Shown: piece after piece, positions 7,237 through 16,360 of the stretch
Layout of the letters: every line of letters starts with the position of its first letter
Position numbering within the stretch: position 1 is the stretch's first letter
Notes under the pieces: generated by a model
What the model was told of the DNA's origin: nothing
Databases searched by the model: none
What the model saw: the letters and a program-made list of their open reading frames with translations, nothing else
Source: a virus
Virus record (IMG/VR): IMGVR_UViG_3300028393_000021
Strand: one strand, 5' to 3'
Length of the DNA: 64,000 nt
Made by a program: the position numbers and the translations under genes

Positions 7237-7872
7237 ATGAAAAAAATTGTATCGCTATTTTTATTGACAGCATTAACAGCCTGTGGCGGTGGAGGTACTT
7301 CAACAGACGTATCAACACCACAAGCAGTGAAATCATCAGTGGAAACAACCACTGATCTACCAACATTTATTCAACTAACTCCCGGCATGGCCACTATTAG
7401 TGGATTTGTTGCTGGACCGGTCAGAGAACCAATCCCAGTGATAAAATTATCGGTGGAGACACTTGCTCAAATGCCTCCACCGTTTGTAACTGGTCCAAAT
7501 CCTGATGGATCACCGTCTGGCCCGTTTGTTGCTGGGCCTGTACCGTTTGTTACAGGACCACAACCGCAAACACCCTGTGCGCCTCAGTTTGTAGCTGGAC
7601 CTGTTGTTGGGCCTACACCCTGTACTGTGCCAGTTCCCAGTGTGCCAGTAGTTGGACCGGGTCCTGTAGCCCAGTTGCCTTTTGTGATTGGTCCTATCGC
7701 AGGTCCTGTTGTTACATTAACTCCGCCCGTAGTAATTGGACCCAGCATTGTAACACAACCTGTGATCAATTACTGTACCAATGGATTTGTAGTTGGACCG
7801 TGTACACCACTGCCCACTACATGTAAACCGGATACCCCCGGTGGATTTGTAACAGGCCCTTGCTCGCCGTGA
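7237..7872 (+). CDS. Pro/Gly/Val-rich lipoprotein with (F/V)VxGP repeats
   Basis: Signal MKKIVSLFLLTALTA-C lipobox; about a dozen VxGP-type units; start placed at ATG 7237. Confidence 0.75.
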   Translation: MKKIVSLFLLTALTACGGGGTSTDVSTPQAVKSSVETTTDLPTFIQLTPGMATISGFVAGPVREPIPVIKLSVETLAQMPPPFVTGPNPDGSPSGPFVAGPVPFVTGPQPQTPCAPQFVAGPVVGPTPCTVPVPSVPVVGPGPVAQLPFVIGPIAGPVVTLTPPVVIGPSIVTQPVINYCTNGFVVGPCTPLPTTCKPDTPGGFVTGPCSP

Positions 7873-7893
7873 AAAAGCCCCTTGCGGGGCTTT
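7872..7893. terminator. bidirectional terminator between convergent genes
   Basis: AAAAAGCCCC-TTGC-GGGGCTTT. Confidence 0.75.
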
Positions 7894-7903
7894 CATCTCT
7901 GTG

Positions 7904-8062
7904 TTAAATCTGAACTATGGTCCACTTGTGTGTGAATGGTTTGCCTTCGGCCTTGTGTTTCAAGATTTTGGCGAATTCTTTCTTACGAAGTTCAAGCTGT
8001 TTCTCGGCATCGTGGTCGAAGCATGCCTTATACAACTCAGAAATTAATTTTCGTTGTTTCAT
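7904..8062 (-). CDS. small hypothetical protein (52 aa, [14 protein letters not shown]...)
   Basis: AGGAGG SD, TAAATA upstream; translated by hand. Confidence 0.7.
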   Translation of the reverse strand: MKQRKLISELYKACFDHDAEKQLELRKKEFAKILKHKAEGKPFTHKWTIVQI

Positions 8063-8144
8063 AGGTTGCCCCTCCTTGAAAACTATTTATACCGTTTTGA
8101 GTTAAAACAAGATTTTCTAGCCAAATTATGTACGATTAACAATA

Positions 8145-8792
8145 TCAACGTGACATTAAATTATTAACAAAGTCCAGCAGTAGGGTATGATGTTGGCCGT
8201 GATGCCAATGCCGCTTTAAGTACGGCGTTGCATACCAAGATTCTAAACTGTCGGGACATGCTCCCATAAGTCCAATTCTATTCTGTATTATGGCCATTGG
8301 GTCACCGTTTGCATATGAAGCAATGGTGGTGAATTTTTTAGCATCACCTACAAAAGCACATCCATCGCGGAAGAACATTTTCTGAGGCGTATTATTCCAT
8401 ATGACCGATGCAACTGTATTATAACTACGTCTGATATCAGCAGTGGGGCGTTTAATGTATTGCACAGCATCTACACCGTCTAATATGTCAAAGAAGTGTT
8501 TTCCGGCCCAGTATGCACCAATGCATATTCCCAGATAACGGCCGCCATTACTAACATAGTCTGCCATTGCGTTTGCGGATTTTCTTAGAAAATATCCATC
8601 ATAGTCGTCGGCTTCTCCCACACCACCAGGCAATGCAACCATGTCTACATTCTTAAATGTACTAGAATTGCATTGTGCGTGACTAAACATTTTAATATTG
8701 TAGTATGGTGAAAGCACTTTAACCACACCATCGCAGCATTCTTCTGCTTCTTTGGAAGAATAATCTTTAAGCAGGGCAATAGTAGGCTTCAT
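8145..8792 (-). CDS. BPL_N-like class I glutamine-amidotransferase-fold protein
   Basis: VALPGG, GGRYLGICIGAY nucleophile elbow. Confidence 0.75.
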   Translation of the reverse strand: MKPTIALLKDYSSKEAEECCDGVVKVLSPYYNIKMFSHAQCNSSTFKNVDMVALPGGVGEADDYDGYFLRKSANAMADYVSNGGRYLGICIGAYWAGKHFFDILDGVDAVQYIKRPTADIRRSYNTVASVIWNNTPQKMFFRDGCAFVGDAKKFTTIASYANGDPMAIIQNRIGLMGACPDSLESWYATPYLKRHWHHGQHHTLLLDFVNNLMSR

Positions 8793-8920
8793 TTGAATAT
8801 TGTATGTTCTGAATTAATCCACATGATCAATATTATTAGCCATAATATTCTTAATATATGGTCGACGATTATTTCATACCAATCAAACCATGTTTTTTTA
8901 TTTTGATCTTGTTGTGTCAT
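8789..8920 (-). CDS. small membrane protein (43 aa)
   Basis: MTQQDQNKKTWFDWYEIIVDHILRILWLIILIMWINSEHTIFK; ATGA overlap with the next gene. Confidence 0.55.
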   Translation of the reverse strand: MTQQDQNKKTWFDWYEIIVDHILRILWLIILIMWINSEHTIFK

Positions 8921-9044
8921 GTTGTATTGCCGGTTGTTCTATATTAATTTCGGGTTCAATATATTTGTCCCAAACTTTTTGACCAGCATTCCAGCCAAAT
9001 ACTGTACAAAATCCTATAATAACATATGTAAGAATAAATTCCAT
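8898..9044 (-). CDS. small membrane protein (48 aa)
   Basis: AGGAG SD; N-terminal hydrophobic MEFILTYVIIGFCTVFGW. Confidence 0.6.
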   Translation of the reverse strand: MEFILTYVIIGFCTVFGWNAGQKVWDKYIEPEINIEQPAIQHDTTRSK

Positions 9045-9115
9045 TGTTGTTCTCCTAACTGTATTTATTGGGGAAGTTTCTAGGGATTAATTTTCTTTAA
9101 TAGCAAGCGGGATAT

Positions 9116-9166
9116 CTGTATGCTACATATTGGTCAGTGCATGAACAAGGCAATAGTAGGTTTCAT
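9116..9166 (-). pseudogene. 5' remnant of a second BPL_N-like gene
   Basis: Reads MKPTIALFMH*PICSIQ; same start as the 8145..8792 protein (MKPTIAL), with an in-frame TGA. Confidence 0.55.
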
Positions 9167-9175
9167 AATGTTTTG

Positions 9176-10306
9176 TTAAATTTTAATAATAGATTCAGGG
9201 CCCATTAATTCTTTAGATCCCTGCATGGTTCGATCTTGATTACGAATTCCCGGTGTACTTGTATCTTGTACTGGTGCTGCTCCGGGTACTGATTGTGTTG
9301 TTGTTGTTGTTGCTGTAGTAACGGGTGGTGCGGGTGGTGCTTCGGGTGGAGATAGTGTAAGGTCATCTAGCCATTTGACTTTTCTAGTTTCGTTCTTTGT
9401 ATTAGTTTCTGCTCTAGCATTCTTAAGACCTAGATCCGGTCTACCTGTCATGTACCTAACTGTAAGATAGGGTTCGTATATACCAGTAGGAGTAACACCA
9501 TTATCATACACAGTGTCACCATTTAATTTAAACACACCCGAACCTGCTGGAGCTATAGAAACTTTACCTACTAGAACGCAATTAACATTAGAAACTCCAA
9601 CATCTTGTCCAAAATCTTTTCCAAAAACAATTTTATTTTTAATTTCATTGTTGTTGAGGTGAAGTCCAAATGATTCTCGTGGACCTAATTCTCCTCCTGT
9701 AATTTCTTTTATCTTATCGACCCATGCTTTTATAGTTGGATATGATCCGACTAAATGTGTAAAACCACCCCACTTTTTAAAATTATCTGCTTTTAGACTG
9801 ACATATGCAACCGGCTCATTATTTTCATTAACGACCGTCATATCGCTTTTTACCCTTCCAGGCGTTTTTTCAAATCTTGCTGCATTAACTATTGATCCCT
9901 TGCCGACTATTAATTTAATAAAAGGTTGACCTGCTTTTAATTTTTCTAATTCTTCAGATAACCCGGCAATTTGAGCTTGTTCTTTTCTTTCTCGAGAGAA
10001 TGAACCTTCTCCGCCAAACTCTTTTGTTTTTTTAATTTTACCAAATGAAATAAACCTTGGTGGCTCTTCTATTGTTTTTAATTGGAAATTGGTGTTGTTT
10101 TGTTCCAAATTTTGAGCAATTTCGTCGTATTGGGTGGGATCAAATATAACTTTTTCTTCGCCCGCTGCTGTTTTAATTGTAAAAGGTGTCTGCATTATTA
10201 TTTTATCTAAGAAAATAGGAACTCTATCTCTGTTAGGATGGTCCTTGTACTTGAACATTTCCTTATTGGTCAAATATGTTTCTGGTAAAAATTCTCTTGC
10301 TCTCAT
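9176..10306 (-). CDS. hypothetical protein with a possible PD-(D/E)xK nuclease fold and Pro/Thr-rich tail
   Basis: KSDMTVVNENNEPVAYVSLK motif; TAAATA upstream. Confidence 0.5.
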   Translation of the reverse strand: MRAREFLPETYLTNKEMFKYKDHPNRDRVPIFLDKIIMQTPFTIKTAAGEEKVIFDPTQYDEIAQNLEQNNTNFQLKTIEEPPRFISFGKIKKTKEFGGEGSFSRERKEQAQIAGLSEELEKLKAGQPFIKLIVGKGSIVNAARFEKTPGRVKSDMTVVNENNEPVAYVSLKADNFKKWGGFTHLVGSYPTIKAWVDKIKEITGGELGPRESFGLHLNNNEIKNKIVFGKDFGQDVGVSNVNCVLVGKVSIAPAGSGVFKLNGDTVYDNGVTPTGIYEPYLTVRYMTGRPDLGLKNARAETNTKNETRKVKWLDDLTLSPPEAPPAPPVTTATTTTTQSVPGAAPVQDTSTPGIRNQDRTMQGSKELMGPESIIKI

Positions 10307-10315
10307 AACAAGTAT

Positions 10316-10981
10316 TTATACCACTTCTGGAAACAGAATTTCGCTAACAAATTTTTTCATTTTAGATTCTTCTACACCCATAGCAACCATACTTTTAATT
10401 ACGTGAGGATTCTGCTTTTGATAATGACAATACCGATTCTGTGCCATGTGATAATCTGCTAGATCTTGCTGTGTGTTTCCCACATGTTTTAGGTAATAAT
10501 CTAATGTTCTAGTGGCTAATTCGCATAAGTTATCTAATTCTTCACCTATTCTTACATTACCTGCGGCAACCATGGCAGGACTGAATATACTACTTGCCCA
10601 CTCAGGAAGGTTTCTAGGTCGTTGCCAGTTGTAATATAGTGTTTCATTAGCGAACCAATGCATCATAGGATGACTAGGATCGCCTGCTGAACTATAATCA
10701 CAGAATGCACCTGTAATTTTGTTTGGACCGCATACAGCATCAAACCCAAAAATAGGACTAGAGTCGTTGAAATGTGGAAACACCGTACAATGTAGAATGT
10801 ATATATTGTGACTTTCTCTATTGTCTACAATTTCTATATGTGCTCTACGATATCGAGGACTTGCCCAAAGTTGATTATGCCACTCGTAATCTAAATTACC
10901 AGTTATCGGTTCACCGGTAGCATTGAATCGATCTTCAAACTTCTTGGCTAATTCTTCAATTTTGTCCCAAACTGCTGTCAT
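10316..10981 (-). CDS. pcyX: ferredoxin-dependent bilin reductase (PcyX/PcyA-like)
   Basis: YRRAHIE, LHCTVFP, PIFGFD, GAFCDYS; directly downstream of heme oxygenase. Confidence 0.8.
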   Translation of the reverse strand: MTAVWDKIEELAKKFEDRFNATGEPITGNLDYEWHNQLWASPRYRRAHIEIVDNRESHNIYILHCTVFPHFNDSSPIFGFDAVCGPNKITGAFCDYSSAGDPSHPMMHWFANETLYYNWQRPRNLPEWASSIFSPAMVAAGNVRIGEELDNLCELATRTLDYYLKHVGNTQQDLADYHMAQNRYCHYQKQNPHVIKSMVAMGVEESKMKKFVSEILFPEVV

Positions 10982-11498
10982 ATGATTCCATTATTTTAAT
11001 TGCCCATTCAAAGGCTATGTTGGCTTCAACAGCCATATCGTCTGAAAGCATAGTACGTACAGTTTTAATTAACTCAGCACGATCTTCAAACTCTAAATGT
11101 GAGTGAGGTGCTTGCACAATTTTTTTAATCATTTGGCCGCCATGTAGATCTCCCATGTGCCATGTATAAAGATGTGCCATAATACGTTTAGGATCATCTA
11201 ACGACCTTATATAACTAGCATAATCTTTAGTTATTGATTTATATGTATTAAAACTTCCTATAGGTTTATCCATAGCTTTGTAGTCGTCCATGATTAATCC
11301 TGCACGTTCAAACCCCGGTAATGCATCTAACAATCCTGCTTGACGAGCAGCATGTTCGATCTCGTTATACCATAGTTGTTTTTGGTAAGTGAAATCTACC
11401 CATAAATCAAAAGGCAGGGTTTTTGCAAACACTGCCTTCATAAAAGGGGTATCTTCCGCTTGTTGATGTTTTTCAGCGGTTAATTCTTTTAAGCTCAT
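10956..11498 (-). CDS. hemO: heme oxygenase
   Basis: Proximal His in KHQQAE; distal HLYTWHMGDLHGGQ motif. Confidence 0.88.
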   Translation of the reverse strand: MSLKELTAEKHQQAEDTPFMKAVFAKTLPFDLWVDFTYQKQLWYNEIEHAARQAGLLDALPGFERAGLIMDDYKAMDKPIGSFNTYKSITKDYASYIRSLDDPKRIMAHLYTWHMGDLHGGQMIKKIVQAPHSHLEFEDRAELIKTVRTMLSDDMAVEANIAFEWAIKIMESYDSSLGQN

Positions 11499-11507
11499 AA
11501 TATTTTC

Positions 11508-11810
11508 TCATTCTGCGGTTATCTTAATTATCAAAGGCCAACCGTGCAGCCTTGCTAAATTGGTTCCATCTAATTGTTTTTGCTCTGCAACCTCATGAGT
11601 ATATGTGCCAACAATTGCACTTTCTTCATTATGAATTTTTAAAGTTAATTCCATTGCTGTGCTTTCATTATGCCTAAATATTAAAATTAACATTGCAATA
11701 ACAAATTCCATGGGGGTGGAATTATCATTACAAACAATAACATTAAATTTTCCAGGTTCTTTTACATTTGTAGTTTTAGACTTTTTTTCAATGATTGTAT
11801 CAGTGGTCAT
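11508..11810 (-). CDS. clpS: ATP-dependent Clp protease adaptor ClpS
   Basis: VIVCNDNSTPMEFV, IHNEESAIVGTYTHEVAE. Confidence 0.9.
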   Translation of the reverse strand: MTTDTIIEKKSKTTNVKEPGKFNVIVCNDNSTPMEFVIAMLILIFRHNESTAMELTLKIHNEESAIVGTYTHEVAEQKQLDGTNLARLHGWPLIIKITAE

Positions 11811-11850
11811 AATTTTATTTAATTTAGTGGGGGCAAATGCCCCCGGGGGT

Positions 11851-12285
11851 TTACTCAGCTTTAATTTTTAATACACGAGGTTTTAATGCATCGGGAACAA
11901 TACGCTTTAATTCAATTGTAAGCACGCCATTCTTAATCTTACCCTCGCCAACTTCCATGTGTTCAGCTAATGTCCAGCTACGTGTGAAATCGCGGAATGA
12001 AAGTCCACGATGTAAAAACTCAGCAGTTATATCATTGCTCTTGTCTCGAACACCCTTAACAATGAGTTGATTCTGATCAATCTCAACTGTGACTTCATCC
12101 TTAGCAAAACCTGTAACAGCGATTTCAATCTCGTAAGAGGCATCGTCGTGTTTAACAATATTGTAAGGTGGGTAATTGTCTTTGAGTTGATTTGCAAAAC
12201 GATGTTCAAAATCGTCAAACATTGAATCAAATCCTAAGAGTGCTCTGTTTAGAGCGTTGGTATCAAAACGTACTAATTGTGTCAT
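11851..12285 (-). CDS. small heat-shock protein (Hsp20/IbpA family)
   Basis: YPPYNI, EIAVTGF, LHRGLSFRDF, NGVLTIEL. Confidence 0.95.
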   Translation of the reverse strand: MTQLVRFDTNALNRALLGFDSMFDDFEHRFANQLKDNYPPYNIVKHDDASYEIEIAVTGFAKDEVTVEIDQNQLIVKGVRDKSNDITAEFLHRGLSFRDFTRSWTLAEHMEVGEGKIKNGVLTIELKRIVPDALKPRVLKIKAE

Positions 12286-12357
12286 AATTTTCTCCTTTAA
12301 AAGTAAGTGACAACATTGGGCACTATGCCCTAAAGTGGGACCCTTAATAGGTATCCC
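12286..12357 (-). promoter_or_regulatory. structured 5' UTR of hsp20 (candidate RNA thermometer)
   Basis: Two hairpins including GGGCA-TAG-TGCCC, then TCACTT able to pair with the AAGGA SD. Confidence 0.45.
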
Positions 12358-12370
12358 ACGATATTATTTA

Positions 12371-14302
12371 TTAAGCAGCCTTTTTAGCTTGCTCAGTTGT
12401 TTCTTTAAAATCTACATCAACTATATTATCATCTGCGGGTTTCTCAGACTCGCCAGATGCGGTTTTTTCTTCCTCTTCTGCTTTAAGTTTTGCAGCAGTA
12501 ATAGAACCCATGCATTCGTAAAGAGTTGAAATACTTTTTTGTATTGCTTCAACATCGTCCCCCTTGACAGCATCGTTGATACCTTTGATTGCATCTTCAA
12601 CCTTGGTCTTTTCTTCAGGTGGAACTTTATCGCCGTATTTTTCAATATCATCTTTAAATCCGTGAACAGTAGATTCGGCAGTATTTCGAGCATCAACTAA
12701 CGCACGTTGCGTTTTATCTGCTTCTGCATTGAGTTCAGCATCTTTGATCATATCTTGGATTTCCGATTCACTCAAACCACTGTTAGATTTAATGGTGATT
12801 TTGTTTTCTTTACCAGTATTTTTATCTTTGGCACTTACGTGCATGATACCATTTGCGTCAATATCAAATGTAATTTCAATTTGAGGAATTCCCCGACGTG
12901 CAGGTGGAATTCCTTCTAGATTAAATTCACCTAACAATTTGTTATGTTGTACAAACTCGCGCTCGCCTTGGAATGCTTTGATAGTAACAGCTGGCTGATT
13001 GTCGTCAGCAGTTGAAAACGTTTGTGAGGCCTTAGTAGGGATAGTTGTATTCTTTTGAATCAACTTGGCCATTACGCCACCCTGTGTTTCAATACCAAGA
13101 CTCAACGGAGTAACGTCTAGCAATAAAACGTCATTACGTCCACCACCTAGAACATCACCTTGGATAGCTGCACCTGCGGCCACTGCTTCGTCTGGGTTAA
13201 CATCTTTACGTGGTGCTTTGCCAAACAATTTTTCAACTGTTTCAACAACTTTGGGCATACGTGTCATACCACCAACGAGGATAACTTCATCGATATCACT
13301 GGCAGTAACGCCTGCATCTGCCATAGCAGTTTTACAAGGTGCAACACTACGCTGAATTAGTTCTTCAACAAGTTGTTCTAATTTAGCACGGGTGATCTTA
13401 ACATTCATATGTTTCGGACCGCTTGCATCTGCTGTGATATAAGGCAAGTTAACATCTGTTTGTGCAGAACTTGAAAGTTCAATCTTGGCTTTTTCAGCAG
13501 CTTCTTTCAAACGCTGAAGCGCCAGCATGTCCTTCTTAAGATCAACGCCCGAGTCTTTCTTAAATTCATTAACCAAGAAATCCATAATACGTTGGTCAAA
13601 GTCTTCACCACCCAAGAACGTATCGCCGTTAGTACTCAGTACTTCAATTTGTTTATCGCCGTCGATGTGTGCAATTTCAATAATACTAACATCAAATGTA
13701 CCACCACCCAAGTCGTAAACTGCAATCTTACGATCTCTTTTATCAGTTTTATCAACGCCATACGCAAGAGCTGCCGCAGTTGGTTCGTTGATAATACGTA
13801 GAACTTCAAGTCCTGCAATTAAACCAGCGTCTTTAGTTGCCTGTCTTTGACTGTCATTAAAGTATGCAGGAACTGTGATAACTGCTTGTGTAACTTCGTG
13901 TCCTAGATAATCCTCTGCTGTCTTTTTCATTTTACGTAGCACTTCTGCACTAATTTGTGGAGGTGCCAGTTTTTCATTATTCACATCTATCCAAGCATCG
14001 CCGTTTTCTGCTTCTACAATTTTGTAGGGCATTAGGTCAATGTCTTTTTGCACAGCTTCTTCTTTAAATTTACGTCCAATTAGACGTTTAGCTGCATAGA
14101 TTGTATTTTTTGGATTTGTAACTGCTTGGCGTTTTGCGCTAGCACCTACAAGGATCTCATCATTGGCATATGCAACAATACTTGGGGTAGTGCGATTGCC
14201 TTCTGAATTTTCTATAATTTTTGTGACGCCATTTTCAATAACTGCCACACAGGAATTTGTAGTTCCAAGGTCGATACCTATAACATGATTTCTTTTGCTC
14301 AT
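12371..14302 (-). CDS. dnaK: molecular chaperone DnaK
   Basis: [32 protein letters not shown]; full length 643 aa. Confidence 0.97.
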   Translation of the reverse strand: MSKRNHVIGIDLGTTNSCVAVIENGVTKIIENSEGNRTTPSIVAYANDEILVGASAKRQAVTNPKNTIYAAKRLIGRKFKEEAVQKDIDLMPYKIVEAENGDAWIDVNNEKLAPPQISAEVLRKMKKTAEDYLGHEVTQAVITVPAYFNDSQRQATKDAGLIAGLEVLRIINEPTAAALAYGVDKTDKRDRKIAVYDLGGGTFDVSIIEIAHIDGDKQIEVLSTNGDTFLGGEDFDQRIMDFLVNEFKKDSGVDLKKDMLALQRLKEAAEKAKIELSSSAQTDVNLPYITADASGPKHMNVKITRAKLEQLVEELIQRSVAPCKTAMADAGVTASDIDEVILVGGMTRMPKVVETVEKLFGKAPRKDVNPDEAVAAGAAIQGDVLGGGRNDVLLLDVTPLSLGIETQGGVMAKLIQKNTTIPTKASQTFSTADDNQPAVTIKAFQGEREFVQHNKLLGEFNLEGIPPARRGIPQIEITFDIDANGIMHVSAKDKNTGKENKITIKSNSGLSESEIQDMIKDAELNAEADKTQRALVDARNTAESTVHGFKDDIEKYGDKVPPEEKTKVEDAIKGINDAVKGDDVEAIQKSISTLYECMGSITAAKLKAEEEEKTASGESEKPADDNIVDVDFKETTEQAKKAA

Positions 14303-14402
14303 TAATTTCTCCTTAGTAAGTGAGCGGGCATTGTGCCCATGTAAAAGCCATAAGGTCTTTTACAGCTTTATTTATTATACCACTATAATAAATAATTGTC
14401 AA
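14303..14402 (-). promoter_or_regulatory. sigma70 promoter plus structured 5' UTR of dnaK
   Basis: TTGACA(14402-14397)-17-TATAAT overlapping TAAATA; hairpins GTAAAAG/CTTTTAC and GGGCA-CAA-TGCCC; CTCACTT-ACT-AAGGAG. Confidence 0.65.
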
Positions 14403-14680
14403 TTGATTGTATCATCAATATGATCTGATGCTCTTGGCACCTGATCAATAAACTTGTCTTTGTATTCTTTTTTACCTCCTTCTACATCATAGGTAGATTC
14501 GGTGTTGGCTATGGCTTTGTATATAGGGTGCAATAGTTTATCCATAATCCTACGTGCCATTTCTTCCAATACTCGATCTACATCTTTGCCCTGTGCAATC
14601 TGCATCATAGCGTGGCCGTGTTCAAACATGCGGACACGGTTGCTCCACGATTCCATAGATTCGTTGGGATTAGGTTTCAC
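14399..14680 (-). CDS. hypothetical protein
   Basis: 93-aa ORF with GTG start, in operon. Confidence 0.65.
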   Translation of the reverse strand: MKPNPNESMESWSNRVRMFEHGHAMMQIAQGKDVDRVLEEMARRIMDKLLHPIYKAIANTESTYDVEGGKKEYKDKFIDQVPRASDHIDDTIN

Positions 14681-14789
14681 ACGGTCACGACCACTTTAAA
14701 ATAAACATTGTAGCATCTCTAGGGTCTTTGAACAACCACTGTCCTTTCGACAACTTATATTCATCTTTGAAATACAATTTCTTATCTTA

Positions 14790-15050
14790 CTATACCCATT
14801 TTAAAATAAAATTAACAGCATCTTTTTTAGATTTAAAAATAAAATCTCTACCATTGCGCTCATAATTTTTAACATTTTCTTCTAGCCAATAAGTTATGTC
14901 TATTGCATGTTTATTATCTTGAAATCTTGATATACTAACACAAGTCCAGCCTTGGGCTTTAAGCATATTCCACATAACGTCTTGATCAATTGCTTCTTGC
15001 ATTTCTTTAGCAATCTTAGTTAGTATTTGATCTTGTAAATTCATGACCAT
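14790..15050 (-). CDS. hypothetical protein, F-x-D/S-x-x-D-A-x-x-F-x-L-K-W family
   Basis: Ends FKSKKDAVNFILKWV. Confidence 0.7.
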   Translation of the reverse strand: MVMNLQDQILTKIAKEMQEAIDQDVMWNMLKAQGWTCVSISRFQDNKHAIDITYWLEENVKNYERNGRDFIFKSKKDAVNFILKWV

Positions 15051-15310
15051 TTCAAAATAAACATAGTACGATCACGTTCATCACGGAACCAATACTTTTG
15101 ATCACTACCAACCCAACGAGCGTTTTCTGTAAACCAATTACAATTGCCCATTGTTTCTATTAACCAATTGGTCATCTCTTGAAATTCTGTCGTAGAGTAG
15201 TAGTAAGGTCGAACCCAATAGGGCCATTTAAGTTGAGTATCGGCATATCCAGTTTCGAGGTATTTCGCATTTGTATAATAATAGACATCGTACGAAGAAT
15301 CTATTAACAT
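15041..15310 (-). CDS. hypothetical protein, same FILKW family
   Basis: Probable start MLIDSS at 15310; ends FRDERDRTMFILKWS. Confidence 0.7.
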   Translation of the reverse strand: MLIDSSYDVYYYTNAKYLETGYADTQLKWPYWVRPYYYSTTEFQEMTNWLIETMGNCNWFTENARWVGSDQKYWFRDERDRTMFILKWS

Positions 15311-15338
15311 GTCTCTTGAGGCGGACAAGGCACGTTTC

Positions 15339-15596
15339 TTAAGCATTGAACATCTTACCAACATGTTCCACTGCGAGTCTGTCGTCTGGAACAATTTGAG
15401 CATTCCACATGATTGCCATGACCAATGCATCCTTGTTGCTTTCAAAGATGAAATCCATATATATCTCGTTGGCATGGGCAAAAAACTTTCCGCCAGGCAA
15501 ACCAAATCGTTCGATTGCCCAAGCACAGACGTTGCCCCACCAGACGCCCTTATCTGTTTCAATGGTCCAAGGTATTCTTACAGTGCTAGACATCAT
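15339..15596 (-). CDS. hypothetical protein, divergent FILKW-family member
   Basis: FESNKDALVMAIMW. Confidence 0.65.
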   Translation of the reverse strand: MMSSTVRIPWTIETDKGVWWGNVCAWAIERFGLPGGKFFAHANEIYMDFIFESNKDALVMAIMWNAQIVPDDRLAVEHVGKMFNA

Positions 15597-15706
15597 GCCT
15601 CCACAATTCTATACTGAGAGTTTGGATAATTTTCCTGCAACCATTCCAACATACCTTCCTCACAGGGCAGTCGAATAGAATCAAATTTGTTAGTAATGTA
15701 TCTCAT
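15593..15706 (-). CDS. small hypothetical protein (37 aa, MRYITNKFDSIRLPCE...)
   Basis: AAGGA SD; ATGA overlap with the next gene. Confidence 0.6.
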   Translation of the reverse strand: MRYITNKFDSIRLPCEEGMLEWLQENYPNSQYRIVEA

Positions 15707-15713
15707 TTTATCC

Positions 15714-16109
15714 TTAATATAAATGTGGTTCTACTGTGTGTTCATCTTTTAGAATCAACATGACTTCTTCTTTGCTGGTATAGATCAACCGGTGTTCTTC
15801 CAAAATACTTCTACGTTGCTCTTCATCACAGCTGGACCAAAACAAAATCTGTTTATGACTGCCACGTGCTACTTCTGGTACTGTGCTGTCAATCCAACCC
15901 ACTAAGGCCTTGAACGCAGGAACAGTATTGCCAGGATGGCTACGTCGGATTGCTTTGGCAAAGTCGTTGCACAGGATTGCCTCAAAACAGCCGCCTGGTC
16001 TAAAACCCCAGACTAGATAGTTGTAAAACGGTTCAGCAAACTCCTCGGGCACATCCCAACGTTTAAAGGTTTGCAAGAGTTTGTTTCTACTGTGGACTGT
16101 TAGTTTCAT
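15714..16109 (-). CDS. hypothetical phage protein
   Basis: 131 aa, tightly packed in the operon. Confidence 0.7.
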   Translation of the reverse strand: MKLTVHSRNKLLQTFKRWDVPEEFAEPFYNYLVWGFRPGGCFEAILCNDFAKAIRRSHPGNTVPAFKALVGWIDSTVPEVARGSHKQILFWSSCDEEQRRSILEEHRLIYTSKEEVMLILKDEHTVEPHLY

Positions 16110-16360
16110 TCTTCAACTCCAAAATGTTTGCTAATACCATGCCCTGCTTCCAACGAAGCCATATCCCACGTGTGTCCAAGCCGCTGTCTTACTTCATCTT
16201 CTTCGTACGGACAAGGGGTTGCTCGTGCAATGCGGGCGCATTCTTTCACAATCAACTCGGCGAACTTTTCTTTGTCAAAGATCCATCCTTCGCCACTGTT
16301 GGATGTTGGTTCAATACGAGTAGTAGCCTGTTCAGCAAGTTGTCTAATTCGTTCGTTCAT
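16106..16360 (-). CDS. hypothetical protein (MNERI...HFGVE family)
   Basis: MNERIRQLAEQA, KFAELIVKECA, HFGVEE. Confidence 0.75.
   Translation of the reverse strand: MNERIRQLAEQATTRIEPTSNSGEGWIFDKEKFAELIVKECARIARATPCPYEEDEVRQRLGHTWDMASLEAGHGISKHFGVEE

Noticed and set aside
9116-9166. Possible TGA read-through or alternative genetic code
   Set aside because: The frame closes again soon after, and TAA, TGA and TAG all end intact genes throughout the window; no sign of recoding
10316-11498. Cyanophage identity inferred from bilin genes
   Set aside because: No psbA, hli, cpeT or other cyanophage markers are in the window, and DnaK, IscU, ClpX and the lipoprotein look proteobacterial; the host remains unproven
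12421-13818. Multiple alternative-frame and antisense ORFs inside dnaK (likewise inside nrdA, the scaffold gene and the tail fibre)
   Set aside because: They are shadow ORFs produced by the codon bias of real genes
14326-14338. CIRCE/HrcA operator upstream of dnaK
   Set aside because: The palindrome is GGGCA-N3-TGCCC, not TTAGCACTC-N9-GAGTGCTAA
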